Below, in pieces: positions 39,639 through 50,800 of a stretch of DNA of 64,000 bases. Where the stretch lies: positions 1,376,001-1,440,000 of the forward strand of contig CAWGLD010000001.1 in the NCBI GenBank assembly GCA_963823335.1. The letters run 5' to 3'. Each line of letters starts with the position of its first letter. Position 1 is the first letter of the stretch. The notes below the pieces were generated by a model, which saw nothing but the letters and a program-made list of their open reading frames with translations, was not told the DNA's origin and did not search any database. The DNA is from an uncultured delta proteobacterium. GTDB taxonomy: Bacteria > Desulfobacterota > Desulfobacteria > Desulfobacterales > B30-G6. The position numbers were made by a program, and so were the translations under genes.

Positions 39639-40776
39639 AACAATACAATACATTTGGCAGCAGCCGTCATGGCCGGAATTTTGTTGGGACAATGCAGCCC
39701 TTCTCAAGCAAATAGGTATTTGTCGATTCCAGCAGGGTTCTTTGTTGACTCAAATGAAGGATTTGGGGTTCGATGTCAGCCAGCAGGCCAGAGCCGAAGT
39801 GTTGATCGAAGAAGCCCTCAAAACGTCCGAAATTGAAGGCGAACACCTGGATCCCAAGGCCGTTCGATCTTCAGTGGCCCAACGTCTTGGTTTGCCGACA
39901 GCCGGTATGGCCTCGATAAAAAATCAGCAGGCCGACGGGGTCGTTCAAATTTTGCTGGATGCTACGCAGGACTTTAAACAGACGCTGACTCCTGAACGGC
40001 TGTTCGGTTGGCATGCAGCTCTATTTCCCACTGGTTATTCAGGAATGCATAAGATTAAAGTTGCATCCTGGCGCGATGATCGCAATGGGCCGATGAAGGT
40101 TGTATCGGGTCCTATTGGACGGGAACAAACCCATTATGAAGCGCCACCTGCAGAGCGTTTAGCAAACGAAATGAACCGCTTTTTCTGCTGGTGGGAGGAA
40201 AGTCGTAAAGAAATGGACGGCCTCCTTCGGGCCGGCATGGCTCATCTGTGGTTTGTGGCGGTGCATCCTTTTGAGGATGGTAACGGACGAGTTGCCCGGG
40301 CGTTGACAGAGATGGCCCTGGCTCAGGATGAAAATCTGTCGACACGATATTATAGCCTCTCTTCACAGGTCATGGCAGAAAGAGAGGACTATTATAAGAT
40401 TCTCGACCGTACCAACAAGGGAGAAGGGGATATAACCGATTGGATGAAATGGTTTCTGGAATGCATGTCCAGAGCTATCCTAAGCTCAAACAGACGCCTG
40501 TCCAATGTGATGTTAAAGGCCAGGTTCTGGAGGTATTACGCGCAGACCAAGCTAAAAGAACGTCAGAGCAAAGTCATCAATCGCTTACTCGATGCTGGCC
40601 CCGGCGGTTTTGAGGGGGGTCTGACAAATCGAAAATATGCCGGCATGACCCATGTCAGCAGGGCAACGGCTCAAAGAGAATTGGCAGACCTTGTTCAAAA
40701 GGGCATTCTTCGTCCCAATCCAGGTGGTGGTAGGAGTACAAGCTATGACCTTTGTTGGGATGAGTTTTCAGATTGA
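39631..40776 (+). CDS. Fic family protein (DUF4172-Fic-HTH)
   Basis: YIWQQPSWP N-terminus, TSEIEGE, intact HPFEDGNGRVAR motif, C-terminal HTH (SRATAQRELADLV, GGGRSTSY). Confidence 0.93.
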   Translation: MTQTIQYIWQQPSWPEFCWDNAALLKQIGICRFQQGSLLTQMKDLGFDVSQQARAEVLIEEALKTSEIEGEHLDPKAVRSSVAQRLGLPTAGMASIKNQQADGVVQILLDATQDFKQTLTPERLFGWHAALFPTGYSGMHKIKVASWRDDRNGPMKVVSGPIGREQTHYEAPPAERLANEMNRFFCWWEESRKEMDGLLRAGMAHLWFVAVHPFEDGNGRVARALTEMALAQDENLSTRYYSLSSQVMAEREDYYKILDRTNKGEGDITDWMKWFLECMSRAILSSNRRLSNVMLKARFWRYYAQTKLKERQSKVINRLLDAGPGGFEGGLTNRKYAGMTHVSRATAQRELADLVQKGILRPNPGGGRSTSYDLCWDEFSD

Positions 40777-40814
40777 GCCGGCACAACAATAGTATCATTT
40801 GAAAATGTTACCTC

Positions 40815-40907
40815 ACATTGCCTTGGACCGTTTAATAGCAATCCGCGCCTTTCTAACATCAGCTGTTTAATGACCGCCTTCTGCCATCTTGGGTAAGGTT
40901 CTATCAT
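40815..40907 (-). pseudogene. N-terminal remnant of a COG1373/DUF4143-type AAA+ ATPase
   Basis: Manual translation MIEPYPRWQKAVIKQLMLERRGLLLNGPRQC, broken inside the Walker A motif. Confidence 0.65.
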
Positions 40908-40924
40908 TTCGGAATTTTCTGTCT

Positions 40925-41000
40925 CCGCGATATGATGATTATTTGTATCGCTATTTTTATATTTTAAATACCGCGATTATACAATTTTTATTGCCGCGAT
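40925..41000. repeat. Four direct repeats with exact 23-bp period (probable operator array)
   Basis: CCGCGAT at 40925, 40971 and 40994, plus degenerate TCGCTAT at 40948. Confidence 0.65.
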
Positions 41001-41140
41001 TTTAGCATTTTTTCTAAGATCAGCCAATAGTGGCATTATATCTTAAAAATTGTTTTAGGGGATCGATAGGGCCGTAGGAAAGATAATATGCAAATGTTAG
41101 GGGAATATTGCCTATAATATCAATAAGAACAAGGAATCTT

Positions 41141-42997
41141 TTATTTCAAATGCTCTTCCGTATATAAGGTTAGCTCGATCATCCGCTCAAGAAGTTCATC
41201 CACCTGCATTCCCGGAAAATTGTGACGAACTAACTCTTTGCAAAATAGGCTGCTAATATAACGGAGCTTTCGTCGTTTCTGCTTTCCAGCATAGACAAAG
41301 TCCCTATGACCGTTATTTACAATAATAACGTTTTTGTCCACATCGAATCGTGAGCGCCACATTTCACCCGCTGCACGACGATAGGTATACCCTGGCAGTC
41401 CTTTATTTTTCTTTCCGGATTTTGATGATTGGTCCAAAAGTGAATCGGTGATGGTTATCAGGGCTTCATCGGTGCACGTGGTATCAGACTGATGAACTGT
41501 GACTTTTAACGTGGTCAGGCAGGGTTCCGCGGGGGCAACAAAGATGACCGATTCATTGCTGTTCTCAATAAGTTGGCCTTCTCCTTCCACTACCTCCCAT
41601 AGATATTTCAGATTTTCCAAAACGATCCTTCGAGACCGGTCTCTGCAAACGACCCTATATTTTTTGCGATTGTCAACCGAAACAACACTTGATTTTGGAG
41701 AAATCAGCGTACTGAACAGAGGACCGGCATATTCAAAAAATTGTTTTTTGGTGCTGTCATTGTCACCCGGTTCAAGTACATCTTCAGAATTTTTATTTCC
41801 ACGGTTGTTATCTTCTCGGGGGTCTCCAGATATTGGCCCACTGGTAAAAAGATTTCCCGGCATTTTTTGAGGCTTTCCCGCATGAATGTCAAACCAGTCG
41901 TATTCCTCTTGTGGCAACCGTAAAAACGCTTCTTTGAGAGCACGCTGTACCCTGCGTAAAATTCGGCGACTTGATCTCTCCTCTTCGGCTTTACGCTGGT
42001 CTTCGATAATCTGCTGCAGATGACTTTCGACGGATTCCATCGCACGGTAAAAAGCATCAAAACGGTCATCGCGTAATACTCCCTGACGTGTCCCCGGAGT
42101 GAGATTTAAAAACGGCGCATCCACAATGCCTTGCAGGTACCCAGCCGTCCAAGGCTCTTTTTGAATGTGTTCGAGTTCAGTAATTGACGGTAGTACCCGC
42201 GTACCGCGACGATACAACCCAATACGGTTTGAGGAGCCCGGATCGCTGAGGTAAAGCTCCAGATAGATATCACCGTACACCGTCTCGGCCGGCTTCAAAT
42301 TATGGAGCAGTCGTCCGCTAAATTGACGTGGGACAACGATAAGTTCCTTTCTACCTGTATGATCAACAATCTTTACCGTCACTTCAGTTGATTTTATGCG
42401 ATCACGAAGTTCGGATGCGAGATACCGCTGAATCTTTTCACCGGTCAAAGACCGCAATCCAGGAAGTAGCGGATAGATCGTCAGGTCTGTTCCCTTAGAG
42501 GGGAGCAATACCCGTTTTTTTGTGACGGTAAAATTAGGTGAGTCTTTAGCCATCATCATTTCGTAGGTTTTTCCATCAGCACCACAACTGGTCATTCTTA
42601 GGTTCTGGCCGACCGTCCAAAAACTTAGAAGACCTATGCCGAATTCTCCCTGAATTCCTGCCGCTCTTTCCGACTTGAACTGTCTCTTGATAGAATCACA
42701 AATATGGGTTGCCACACGCCGGAAATCGGGAAGCCCTTGTGCATTTCTTGGAATTCCCTCCCCATCGTCACTGACCTTGATATAGAATTCACCCTTTTTT
42801 TTCCCTCTTACAATGACGATCTGTTTTGCGCCTGCGTCAATGCTGTTTTCCACAAATTCGGCCACAGCTTTCAGAGGGTTGGCTTGAGATTTGGCGATGA
42901 TGCTGATGGCATTCCAATGATCGGCGATGCGCAACTTTCCAGTACGGATACCTTTTTTTATCTTTTTACGTACGGATTTTGACATTGTTGACTCCAT
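41141..42997 (-). CDS. GHKL (HSP90/MORC-like) ATPase-domain protein
   Basis: EFVENSIDAGA, DDGEGI, GEFGIGL and GT Bergerat-fold motifs; uncharacterised C-terminal region. Confidence 0.82.
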   Translation of the reverse strand: MESTMSKSVRKKIKKGIRTGKLRIADHWNAISIIAKSQANPLKAVAEFVENSIDAGAKQIVIVRGKKKGEFYIKVSDDGEGIPRNAQGLPDFRRVATHICDSIKRQFKSERAAGIQGEFGIGLLSFWTVGQNLRMTSCGADGKTYEMMMAKDSPNFTVTKKRVLLPSKGTDLTIYPLLPGLRSLTGEKIQRYLASELRDRIKSTEVTVKIVDHTGRKELIVVPRQFSGRLLHNLKPAETVYGDIYLELYLSDPGSSNRIGLYRRGTRVLPSITELEHIQKEPWTAGYLQGIVDAPFLNLTPGTRQGVLRDDRFDAFYRAMESVESHLQQIIEDQRKAEEERSSRRILRRVQRALKEAFLRLPQEEYDWFDIHAGKPQKMPGNLFTSGPISGDPREDNNRGNKNSEDVLEPGDNDSTKKQFFEYAGPLFSTLISPKSSVVSVDNRKKYRVVCRDRSRRIVLENLKYLWEVVEGEGQLIENSNESVIFVAPAEPCLTTLKVTVHQSDTTCTDEALITITDSLLDQSSKSGKKNKGLPGYTYRRAAGEMWRSRFDVDKNVIIVNNGHRDFVYAGKQKRRKLRYISSLFCKELVRHNFPGMQVDELLERMIELTLYTEEHLK

Positions 42998-43170
42998 TTA
43001 GCCAATGGTTCGGCTTAAGTTGAAGAAGAAAATCATCAACTGGACAACAAAGAATTCCATCAACCATCAGTTTCTCTGTTCCTCGATATAACAATATCGC
43101 ACTCGCTTCTGGGTAATCGAGCTGAAACGTTTTGAGTGATCTAAGGCTTTTAGCCAAGGCGAAGTTCGAA
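42966..43170 (-). pseudogene. C-terminal remnant of a COG1373/DUF4143-type ATPase
   Basis: LRSLKTFQLDYPEASAILLYRGTEKLMVDGILCCPVDDFL resembles the C-terminus of this family; no upstream domains. Confidence 0.6.
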
Positions 43171-43260
43171 ACATTTGGTTGTATGTCATAATTTAGCCCG
43201 GCTTCGCATGAATGCTTCACCGTGGCAGTCTTCGGTCTTCACTACGTTTCGAACGAAGAC

Positions 43261-43337
43261 TGGTCGGGGCGGTAGGATTTGAACCTACGACTTCCTGCTC
43301 CCAAAGCAGGCGCGCTGCCAGGCTGCGCCACGCCCCG
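43261..43337 (-). tRNA. tRNA-Pro(TGG)
   Basis: CGGGGCG acceptor stem, anticodon arm CCTGC-TT TGG GA-GCAGG, GTTCAAATC T-loop, encoded CCA. Confidence 0.97.
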
Positions 43338-43419
43338 ACGTATTTGTCGAAACCGCTATTTGGTAGGTTGGGCGAAAATAGGGTTTGCTAATTAACACGC
43401 TTTTACCTGCTACGCAAGG

Positions 43420-44211
43420 CTATAAACGGCCTTCGTTTGAAAAAAAGTCGTCAATGGCGTCGCAGATGGCGTGGGCCATCGTCGACAGGCTCGTTTCGGC
43501 GCCAAGTGCCTTTGCATCCAGGGGGTTGGTGATGTAACCGATCTCGATCAGGACAGCAGGCATATCGGCCCCGGACAACACCATCAACGGTGCTCCGCTG
43601 GTGGTCAATTTGAGGTTTTTGTCTGTCCGGGTCAAGCGCTTTCGGATCAGTTCGGTGAGGTATCGGCTTTTTTTTACCAGTTCAGGCCGGTCCTGTTCCC
43701 AGGGTTTAATGGTACGTGACGGTTCCACTGGGATGGAAGCCCGTGGATCGAAAGCCGTAGCCTTGCCGGAGGGACCGCTGTAGTAAAAAAGGGACATTCC
43801 TCTTGGAAAGCTGCGAAGACTACCGCCGGTATGCAGACTGACAAAAAGGTCGGCCTTAAGATGATTGGCCAGGGCCGGTCTTTCGAACAGATCGATCTGG
43901 TAATCATCTTTTCGTGTGAGTACCACCTTATATGTCTTTTTCAGGCGTTCGGTCATCAGACCGGCCAATGCCATGGTGACCTGCTTTTCGGTCATGTTTT
44001 CATAGCCACGGGCTCCCATGTCGTTCCCGCCATGGCCTGGGTCCAGGACAATGATGCCGGCATGGCGGCCCTCTGAGGATGCTTTTTCAGCTTGAACAGG
44101 CGTCACGCTTAGCAGGACACCCAAAAACAGCGACGCAATGATCCGAGACAGGGATGGGTGCAATTGTTCAATGTTTTTGAAATATACTGACATAACAGGT
44201 ATTTTCGCCAA
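43420..44211 (-). CDS. N-acetylmuramoyl-L-alanine amidase (Amidase_3)
   Basis: LDPGHGG.D.GA, EK, LTR, FVSLH and MPAVLIEIGYITN motifs. Confidence 0.92.
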   Translation of the reverse strand: MAKIPVMSVYFKNIEQLHPSLSRIIASLFLGVLLSVTPVQAEKASSEGRHAGIIVLDPGHGGNDMGARGYENMTEKQVTMALAGLMTERLKKTYKVVLTRKDDYQIDLFERPALANHLKADLFVSLHTGGSLRSFPRGMSLFYYSGPSGKATAFDPRASIPVEPSRTIKPWEQDRPELVKKSRYLTELIRKRLTRTDKNLKLTTSGAPLMVLSGADMPAVLIEIGYITNPLDAKALGAETSLSTMAHAICDAIDDFFSNEGRL

Positions 44212-44462
44212 TTTTTCTTGACACTCACAGGGTTTGATATTATTTTGACCGGATGTGTGTCTGCTTCAAATGTAAGTGGTTCCCACTACTTATTGAAGCG
44301 GATATTCCACTCGCGGGGTAGCGCGTGGCGCTTTTGGAGCGATGCTATAACGAGTCATAAAAGCATCTAATGGTTTTATTTTGGCTGTTTTTGATGGGAA
44401 TGTCAAGATGCACCACATGGATGGAAATGATTGGTAATTAGATAGGTTTTCACCTTACGAAT

Positions 44463-44549
44463 GCGAGAGTGGCGGAATTGGTAGACGCACTGGACTTAGG
44501 ATCCAGCTCTGGCGACAGAGTGGGAGTTCAAGTCTCCCCTCTCGCACCA
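44463..44549 (+). tRNA. tRNA-Leu(TAG)
   Basis: Cloverleaf with long variable arm, anticodon arm CTGGA-CT TAG GA-TCCAG, CCA end. Confidence 0.97.
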
Positions 44550-44683
44550 ACCAGCGATTAATTTTAAGTGCCTGGCGATTTATTGCCGTCAGGCACTTAG
44601 TATATTGAGTGCCTGACTCAACGTGGACCAAACGGAAAAGATGAAGATTTTTTTTAGGACTAAATTTATGCGAAAGGAATACC

Positions 44684-46021
44684 ATGAAAGTTAGCGTAGA
44701 AGATATCAGCAGTGTCAAGAAGGTGTTACACATTGAAATTCCACAGAACACAGTTGTTTCAGAGCTCGACAGCGCCTATCGGGACGTAAAAAAGAATGCC
44801 AAGATCAAAGGATTCCGTCAGGGTAAGGCTCCTCGGTCCGTGCTGGAGAGGCTCTATAAAAAGGATGTTCAAGCAGATGTCTCTTCCAAGCTGATTCAGA
44901 CCTCTTTTACGGAAGCGCTCAAGGAAACGGATCTGAAAATAATCAGCAGCCCGAAAATAGAACCTCCTGAACTGGATGCCACCAGTTCTTACGCGTACGA
45001 TGCCACCGTGGACGTCAAGCCTGAGTTGGAAGATCTTGACATCAAGGGTCTGGCGCTGAAGCGGACCAACTACAAGGTTGGAAAAGAAGAACTGGACACC
45101 CAGCTTGGCATGCTGCAGAAAAATATGGCCAAGAAGGTCAAGATCGAAGAGGATCGGCCGGTTCAAGCAAACGATTTTGTGGTCATCGATTACGAGGGAT
45201 TTAAAAATGGCAAGCCATATGACGAGACCAGCAAAACAGAAAACTTTACCTTGAAAATCGGCGATGCTCAGATCGCAAAGGAATTCGATGATGGTCTCAT
45301 AGGTAAAAAAGCCGGTGATACTGTCGACTTTGATGTAACGTTTGCGGAAGATTACCACAATGAGAAGCTAAAAAAGCTCACCATCCAGTTTCATGTGGCA
45401 CTGAAGGAGATCCGCAAGGAAGTCTTGCCGGAACTGGATGATGATTTCGCAAAAAGCCTGGGTCAATTTGAAACTTTAGAAAATTTGAAAAATGTGATAA
45501 AAGAGAACCTGACCCAGGGGTATGAAAAACGCATCGAACAGGAACTCAACGAGCAGATATTCAAGAATATTATCGAAAAAATCGATTTTGAGCTCCCTGA
45601 ATCCATGATCGAGTATGAGCTTGAAAACATCGTCGCCGATACGGAAAGAAGACTTGCCTATCAGAACAGCTCAATGGAAGACGTGGGGTTAAGCAGAGAG
45701 ATGCTTCAGGAGCAATATCGAGAAACTGCCGAACAGCAGGTACGTCGCCAGATTATACTGGGAAAGGTCATCGAGCAGGAAAAGCTTGAACTAAGTGATG
45801 AAGAACTAGCGGCAGGCTACACAGAGATGGCCCAAAACTTTAACCAGCCTGTGGATCAGATAAAGAGCTTCTACGATCAGAACAAAGACCGTCTGGACTT
45901 TTTTAAGCATGCCTTGCTTGAAAAAAAGGCAATTAAGCTTATTATTAATAATGGTGACATCGAAGAAGTGGAACCCGAAAAAATTGTGGCCACCGCAGAT
46001 AAAGATCCGGATCCGCAATAG
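44684..46021 (+). CDS. tig: Trigger factor
   Basis: GFRQGKAP ribosome-binding motif, FKBP-like domain, synteny with clpPX-lon. Confidence 0.97.
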   Translation: MKVSVEDISSVKKVLHIEIPQNTVVSELDSAYRDVKKNAKIKGFRQGKAPRSVLERLYKKDVQADVSSKLIQTSFTEALKETDLKIISSPKIEPPELDATSSYAYDATVDVKPELEDLDIKGLALKRTNYKVGKEELDTQLGMLQKNMAKKVKIEEDRPVQANDFVVIDYEGFKNGKPYDETSKTENFTLKIGDAQIAKEFDDGLIGKKAGDTVDFDVTFAEDYHNEKLKKLTIQFHVALKEIRKEVLPELDDDFAKSLGQFETLENLKNVIKENLTQGYEKRIEQELNEQIFKNIIEKIDFELPESMIEYELENIVADTERRLAYQNSSMEDVGLSREMLQEQYRETAEQQVRRQIILGKVIEQEKLELSDEELAAGYTEMAQNFNQPVDQIKSFYDQNKDRLDFFKHALLEKKAIKLIINNGDIEEVEPEKIVATADKDPDPQ

Positions 46022-46209
46022 CGAGTGCCTTCCCCGTGCCTTGCCGCGGGATTAGCGAGCGAATCTGAATCAGACAGATTTCTTTACGGTCGCTGCAAAG
46101 CATTGCCTCACGGCGGAACATTATTTGCAGCCTGTTGCGAGGTTCTTCAATTCAAAGAACCTGTCAGGGAATGACAGGCTCGCATTTCATAAGATTAAGG
46201 AGATATATT

Positions 46210-46827
46210 GTGCCAGTAATTCCAATGGTTATCGACCAAAGCAGCAGAGGTGAGAGAGCTTATGATATTTACTCCCGGCTGCTTAAAGACAGGATCGTGT
46301 TTCTCGGTACGGGGATGAATGATGAGGTGGCCAACCTCTTGATTGCTCAATTTCTGTTTCTGGAATCCGAAGATCCTGACAAGGATATCAATTTCTACAT
46401 TAATTCACCAGGTGGTATCGTGACGTCTGGTCTGGCTGTCTATGACACCATGCAGTATATCAAGCCTGATGTTACCACGGTCTGCATCGGGCAAGCCGCC
46501 AGCATGGGTGCTCTTTTGCTCACGGCTGGTGCCAAGGGAAAACGCTATTCACTTCCCAACTCGCGGATCATGATTCATCAGCCCATGGGAGGGTTTCAAG
46601 GACAGGCATCGGATATTGAAATTCAGGCCAAGGAGATCCTGCGCATGAAAGAGACCCTCAACGACATCCTGAAGCACCACACGGGGAAAAATTTGAAGCA
46701 GATTCAGAAGGATACAGATCGGGATTATTTTATGAGCGGATCCGAAGCAAAGGCGTACGGCATCATCGACCACGTGATCAGAAACCGGGATGATCTCGAC
46801 AAAATTGTAGAGGTGGAGGCCAAATAA
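46210..46827 (+). CDS. clpP: ATP-dependent Clp protease proteolytic subunit
   Basis: [23 protein letters not shown] and IMIHQP motifs; GTG start after AAGGAG. Confidence 0.98.
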   Translation: MPVIPMVIDQSSRGERAYDIYSRLLKDRIVFLGTGMNDEVANLLIAQFLFLESEDPDKDINFYINSPGGIVTSGLAVYDTMQYIKPDVTTVCIGQAASMGALLLTAGAKGKRYSLPNSRIMIHQPMGGFQGQASDIEIQAKEILRMKETLNDILKHHTGKNLKQIQKDTDRDYFMSGSEAKAYGIIDHVIRNRDDLDKIVEVEAK

Positions 46828-48068
46828 TGGCAATCAAAGAAGAAGGTAACGACAACCTGTTCTGTTCTTTTTGCGGGAAGAATCAAAAAGAAGTCACCAA
46901 GCTGATAGCCGGCCCGGCTGTCTATATCTGTGATGAGTGTATCCAACTCTGCAGTGAGATTATCGAGGAGGAGACGAAAAAAGATATCAGCGGTGCGCAG
47001 AATCTCTTGGTGCCGAAAGAGATAAAGGCCATGTTGGATGAGTATGTTATCGAGCAGACTTCAGCCAAAAAGGTCCTTGCGGTAGCTGTTTACAATCATT
47101 ACAAACGCCTGGAGGCGCAGAGTAATGGTGATGTTGAGATCAGCAAGAGCAATATCCTGCTCATCGGCCCCACGGGATGCGGCAAAACCTTGCTTGCACA
47201 GACACTGGCAAGATTTTTAAAGGTGCCGTTCACGATTGCAGACGCCACCAGTCTGACAGAGGCCGGATATGTTGGCGAAGATGTTGAAAACATCATCCTG
47301 TCCCTGCTTCAAAATGCTGATTACGACGTGGAAAAGGCCAAACGGGGTATTGTCTATATCGATGAGATCGACAAGATTGCCAGCAAGTCCGACAATCCGT
47401 CCATCACGCGCGATGTTTCAGGCGAAGGTGTTCAGCAGGCGCTTTTAAAGATTATCGAGGGAACCACTGCGAGTGTTCCACCCAAAGGTGGCCGGAAGCA
47501 TCCCCAGCAGGATTTTGTCAAGGTAGATACCTCGAACATCCTTTTTATCTGCGGTGGCACGTTCACCGGACTCGAGCAGATAGTTCAACGGCGTCAGGGC
47601 AGTAAGTCTCTGGGTTTTGGGGCTAAAATCGTCAAAAAAGAAGATAAAAAGATCGGGGATATCCTGCGCATGGTCCAGCCCGAAGATCTTATTAAATTCG
47701 GTCTTATTCCCGAATTTCTGGGACGCTTGCCGGTGATTGCCACGTTGGACGAACTGAACGAGGACTCACTGATTCGCATATTGACGGAACCAAAGAATGC
47801 ACTGGTCAAACAGTTTCAGCACATGTTTGAGATAGAAGGTGTCAACCTGAGGTTTACAGACAGCGCGCTTTCTGCTGTTGCAACGGAAGCGTTGAAGAGA
47901 AAATCGGGTGCAAGAGGGTTGCGGGCGATCATGGAATCCAGCATGCTTGACATCATGTATACGCTGCCCTCCATCGAAAATGTCAAAGAATGTGTGATCG
48001 GGGAAGATGTCGTTCTGAACAATGAAGATCCCATTCTGCTGTACGAACAGACCAAAAAACAGGCCTAA
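46827..48068 (+). CDS. clpX: ATP-dependent Clp protease ATP-binding subunit
   Basis: CSFCGK zinc domain, [20 protein letters not shown] and LGF loop. Confidence 0.98.
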   Translation: MAIKEEGNDNLFCSFCGKNQKEVTKLIAGPAVYICDECIQLCSEIIEEETKKDISGAQNLLVPKEIKAMLDEYVIEQTSAKKVLAVAVYNHYKRLEAQSNGDVEISKSNILLIGPTGCGKTLLAQTLARFLKVPFTIADATSLTEAGYVGEDVENIILSLLQNADYDVEKAKRGIVYIDEIDKIASKSDNPSITRDVSGEGVQQALLKIIEGTTASVPPKGGRKHPQQDFVKVDTSNILFICGGTFTGLEQIVQRRQGSKSLGFGAKIVKKEDKKIGDILRMVQPEDLIKFGLIPEFLGRLPVIATLDELNEDSLIRILTEPKNALVKQFQHMFEIEGVNLRFTDSALSAVATEALKRKSGARGLRAIMESSMLDIMYTLPSIENVKECVIGEDVVLNNEDPILLYEQTKKQA

Positions 48069-48124
48069 CGTCATAAAATTGTGTAACAATTGTATGACCT
48101 AAATTAAGTCATAGAGAGAGAATC

Positions 48125-50560
48125 ATGGTTAACATGCCCAAAATTTTTAAAAGTGAAGAGAGTGTCTCAGACGGGCATCTGCTTCCATTGCTGCCCCTGA
48201 GGGATATCGTTATTTTTCCCTATATGGTGGCCCCCCTGTTTGTGGGTCGCGAAAAATCCGTCAGCGCCCTTGCCACGGCAATGGGCAGCGACAAGCGGGT
48301 CTTTCTTGCCACCCAAAAAAAAGCAAGTATCGACAGCCCCAGCGAAAAAGATATCGGTAAGATAGGTGTTATCGGCAATGTCATGCAGCTGCTTCGGCTT
48401 CCTGACGGTACGGTCAAGGCTCTGGTGGAGGGAAAACAGCGGGCACGTATCACGCGTTTTATAAAGAACGAAGAATTTTTCCAGGTCGAGGTCGAAGAAC
48501 TCAAAGAACCAGTTGAGTCCAGCACCGAAATCATGGCACTGGAAAGAGCACTACTCGAAAATTTTGAAGAGTATGCCAAGAACAACAAGAGTATTTCAAA
48601 GGAACTGACAAGCAGCATTTCCGCCATCTCGGATCCGTCACAGCTGGCGGATACGATCGCCGCCCACTTTTCTTTTAAAATCGAAGACAAGCAAAAGTTA
48701 TTGAATACCCTGTCCCTGGTGGAAAGACTTTCGCTCATGATGACGCTGACCAAAGTGGAGACAGAGGTCTTAAGAATGGATCAGCGTATCAAGGGCCGCG
48801 TCAAGACTCAGATGGAAAAGACCCAGAAAAACTATTATCTGAACGAGCAGATGCGTGCCATACGAAAAGAGATGGGAGCGGAAGAGGACCCCGGCAATGA
48901 GTTGAAGGATCTTGAGAAGCGGATCAAGAGAACACGAATGTCCAAGGAGGCCACGGGCAAGGTCTGGCAGGAATTTCGAAAACTCAAGATGATGACACCC
49001 ATGTCGGCTGAGGCCACGGTGGTTAGAAACTACATCGATTGGCTCATAAGCCTTCCATGGTTTAGCCGGAGCAGGGTAAACAACGATATTGATCGGGCGG
49101 AAGTCATTCTCAACGAGGATCATTACGGTCTGGGAAAACCCAAAGAACGCATTCTTGAATATCTGGCGGTTCAAAGCCTGATGAAAAAGATCCGCGGGCC
49201 CATCCTTTGCTTTGTGGGTCCGCCGGGTGTCGGCAAGACATCCCTGGCAAAATCGGTTGCAAGGGCAACCGGTCGAAAATTTGTGCGCCTTTCCCTGGGC
49301 GGGGTCCGTGACGAAGCTGAGATTCGAGGACATCGCCGGACCTATATCGGAGCCATGCCGGGGAAAATTATCCAGTCTCTCAAAAAAATTGGTGCCAATA
49401 ATCCGGTTTTCTGCCTGGATGAAGTCGATAAAATGAGTATGGATTTTAGAGGGGACCCCTCGTCTGCCCTGCTGGAGGTGTTGGATCCGGAGCAGAACTT
49501 CAGCTTCAATGATCACTATCTGGATGTCGATTATGATCTCACGGATATTCTTTTTATCACCACGGCCAACACGCTGCCGGATATCCCTCTGCCCCTGCAG
49601 GATCGGATGGAGATAATTCGACTGCCTGGTTATACAGAGTACGAAAAATACCATATCGGCAACGATTTTCTGGTAACGAAGCAGATAAAAATGAACGGTC
49701 TTGAAGGAAAGAAGGTTCAGTTTGCCAAAAACGCTTTGTCGACGATCATACAGCGCTACACACGTGAGGCCGGTGTTCGTAATCTGGAGCGTGAGATTGC
49801 CTCCATCTGCCGGAAGGTTGCCCGGGAGATCCTCAAAAAGAAAACAGACAAGCCCTATCGGATTACCGGTAAGACCGTGCAGAAACTGCTGGGACCGCCT
49901 CCCTTCAAACACAGCCAGATAGAAGAAAAAGATCAGGTCGGTCTTGTAAATGGCCTGGCGTGGACACAGGTCGGAGGCGAGCTGCTGGCAGTGGAGACGC
50001 TGATGATGCCGGGAAAAGGTAAGCAGATCATTACCGGCAAACTTGGGGATGTCATGAAGGAGTCTGCCCAGGCGGCCATCAGCTATGTCCGCTCACGGTC
50101 AAAACAGTTGATGATCGACCAGGAATTCTATAAAAATTTCGATATCCATATCCATATTCCGGAAGGTGCAATTCCCAAGGACGGACCCTCGGCTGGTATT
50201 ACCATGTGTACCGCCATCGTGTCGACCCTGACCAAACGACCGGTTTACAGGGATCTTGCCATGACCGGCGAGATCACCTTGCGCGGACGCGTACTTGCTA
50301 TCGGCGGCTTGAAAGAAAAGATACTGGCGGCTCACCGGGCGGGCATCAAGAAGATCCTGATTCCCATCGAGAATAAAAAGGATCTGAGGGATATCCCCAG
50401 GACCATATCCAAACAGCTCGAGATCGTCCCCGTGGAACACATGGATGAGGTTTTGACCCATGCGTTGATTCTAAAGGAAGGGGAAACCACTTTTCAGCGT
50501 AGCGACATGATGTTCGATCTGTCAGCGCAGGCACCTGAAGAGAGGGCCTCCTTGATTTGA
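48125..50560 (+). CDS. lon: Lon protease (LonA)
   Basis: LPLRD N-domain, [17 protein letters not shown] (Ser) and GLKEK (Lys) motifs. Confidence 0.98.
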   Translation: MVNMPKIFKSEESVSDGHLLPLLPLRDIVIFPYMVAPLFVGREKSVSALATAMGSDKRVFLATQKKASIDSPSEKDIGKIGVIGNVMQLLRLPDGTVKALVEGKQRARITRFIKNEEFFQVEVEELKEPVESSTEIMALERALLENFEEYAKNNKSISKELTSSISAISDPSQLADTIAAHFSFKIEDKQKLLNTLSLVERLSLMMTLTKVETEVLRMDQRIKGRVKTQMEKTQKNYYLNEQMRAIRKEMGAEEDPGNELKDLEKRIKRTRMSKEATGKVWQEFRKLKMMTPMSAEATVVRNYIDWLISLPWFSRSRVNNDIDRAEVILNEDHYGLGKPKERILEYLAVQSLMKKIRGPILCFVGPPGVGKTSLAKSVARATGRKFVRLSLGGVRDEAEIRGHRRTYIGAMPGKIIQSLKKIGANNPVFCLDEVDKMSMDFRGDPSSALLEVLDPEQNFSFNDHYLDVDYDLTDILFITTANTLPDIPLPLQDRMEIIRLPGYTEYEKYHIGNDFLVTKQIKMNGLEGKKVQFAKNALSTIIQRYTREAGVRNLEREIASICRKVAREILKKKTDKPYRITGKTVQKLLGPPPFKHSQIEEKDQVGLVNGLAWTQVGGELLAVETLMMPGKGKQIITGKLGDVMKESAQAAISYVRSRSKQLMIDQEFYKNFDIHIHIPEGAIPKDGPSAGITMCTAIVSTLTKRPVYRDLAMTGEITLRGRVLAIGGLKEKILAAHRAGIKKILIPIENKKDLRDIPRTISKQLEIVPVEHMDEVLTHALILKEGETTFQRSDMMFDLSAQAPEERASLI

Positions 50561-50700
50561 ACCGAGAGGTTCAATAGTTTAAAATATTAAGTGATACTGT
50601 CAGTTTTTATTAAAAACCCTGTTACGATTTTATTTGACTTTTATTATTTTTGCTGGTAGCAGTACGGTTCTTTAAAGAGCTAACCAGGGTAAAAAACTGT

Positions 50701-50776
50701 GGGCGGGTAGCTCAGTTGGGAGAGCATCGGCCTTACAAGCCGAGGGTCACAGGTTCAAGCCCTGTTCCGCCTACCA
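50701..50776 (+). tRNA. tRNA-Val(TAC)
   Basis: Cloverleaf, anticodon arm TCGGC-CT TAC AA-GCCGA, CCA end. Confidence 0.97.
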
Positions 50777-50800
50777 AGAATGGCTTTTGGCCATTCACAG

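Larger units (their letters stand above)
11966..43308. mobile_element. Genomic island (~31 kb) integrated at tRNA-Pro(TGG)
   Basis: Flanking 48-bp direct repeat, an integrase relic beside one att site, mosaic accessory cargo with AT-rich segments and several pseudogenes. Confidence 0.85.

Noticed and set aside
48770-49912. 380-aa minus-strand ORF
   Set aside because: It is an antisense shadow of lon.
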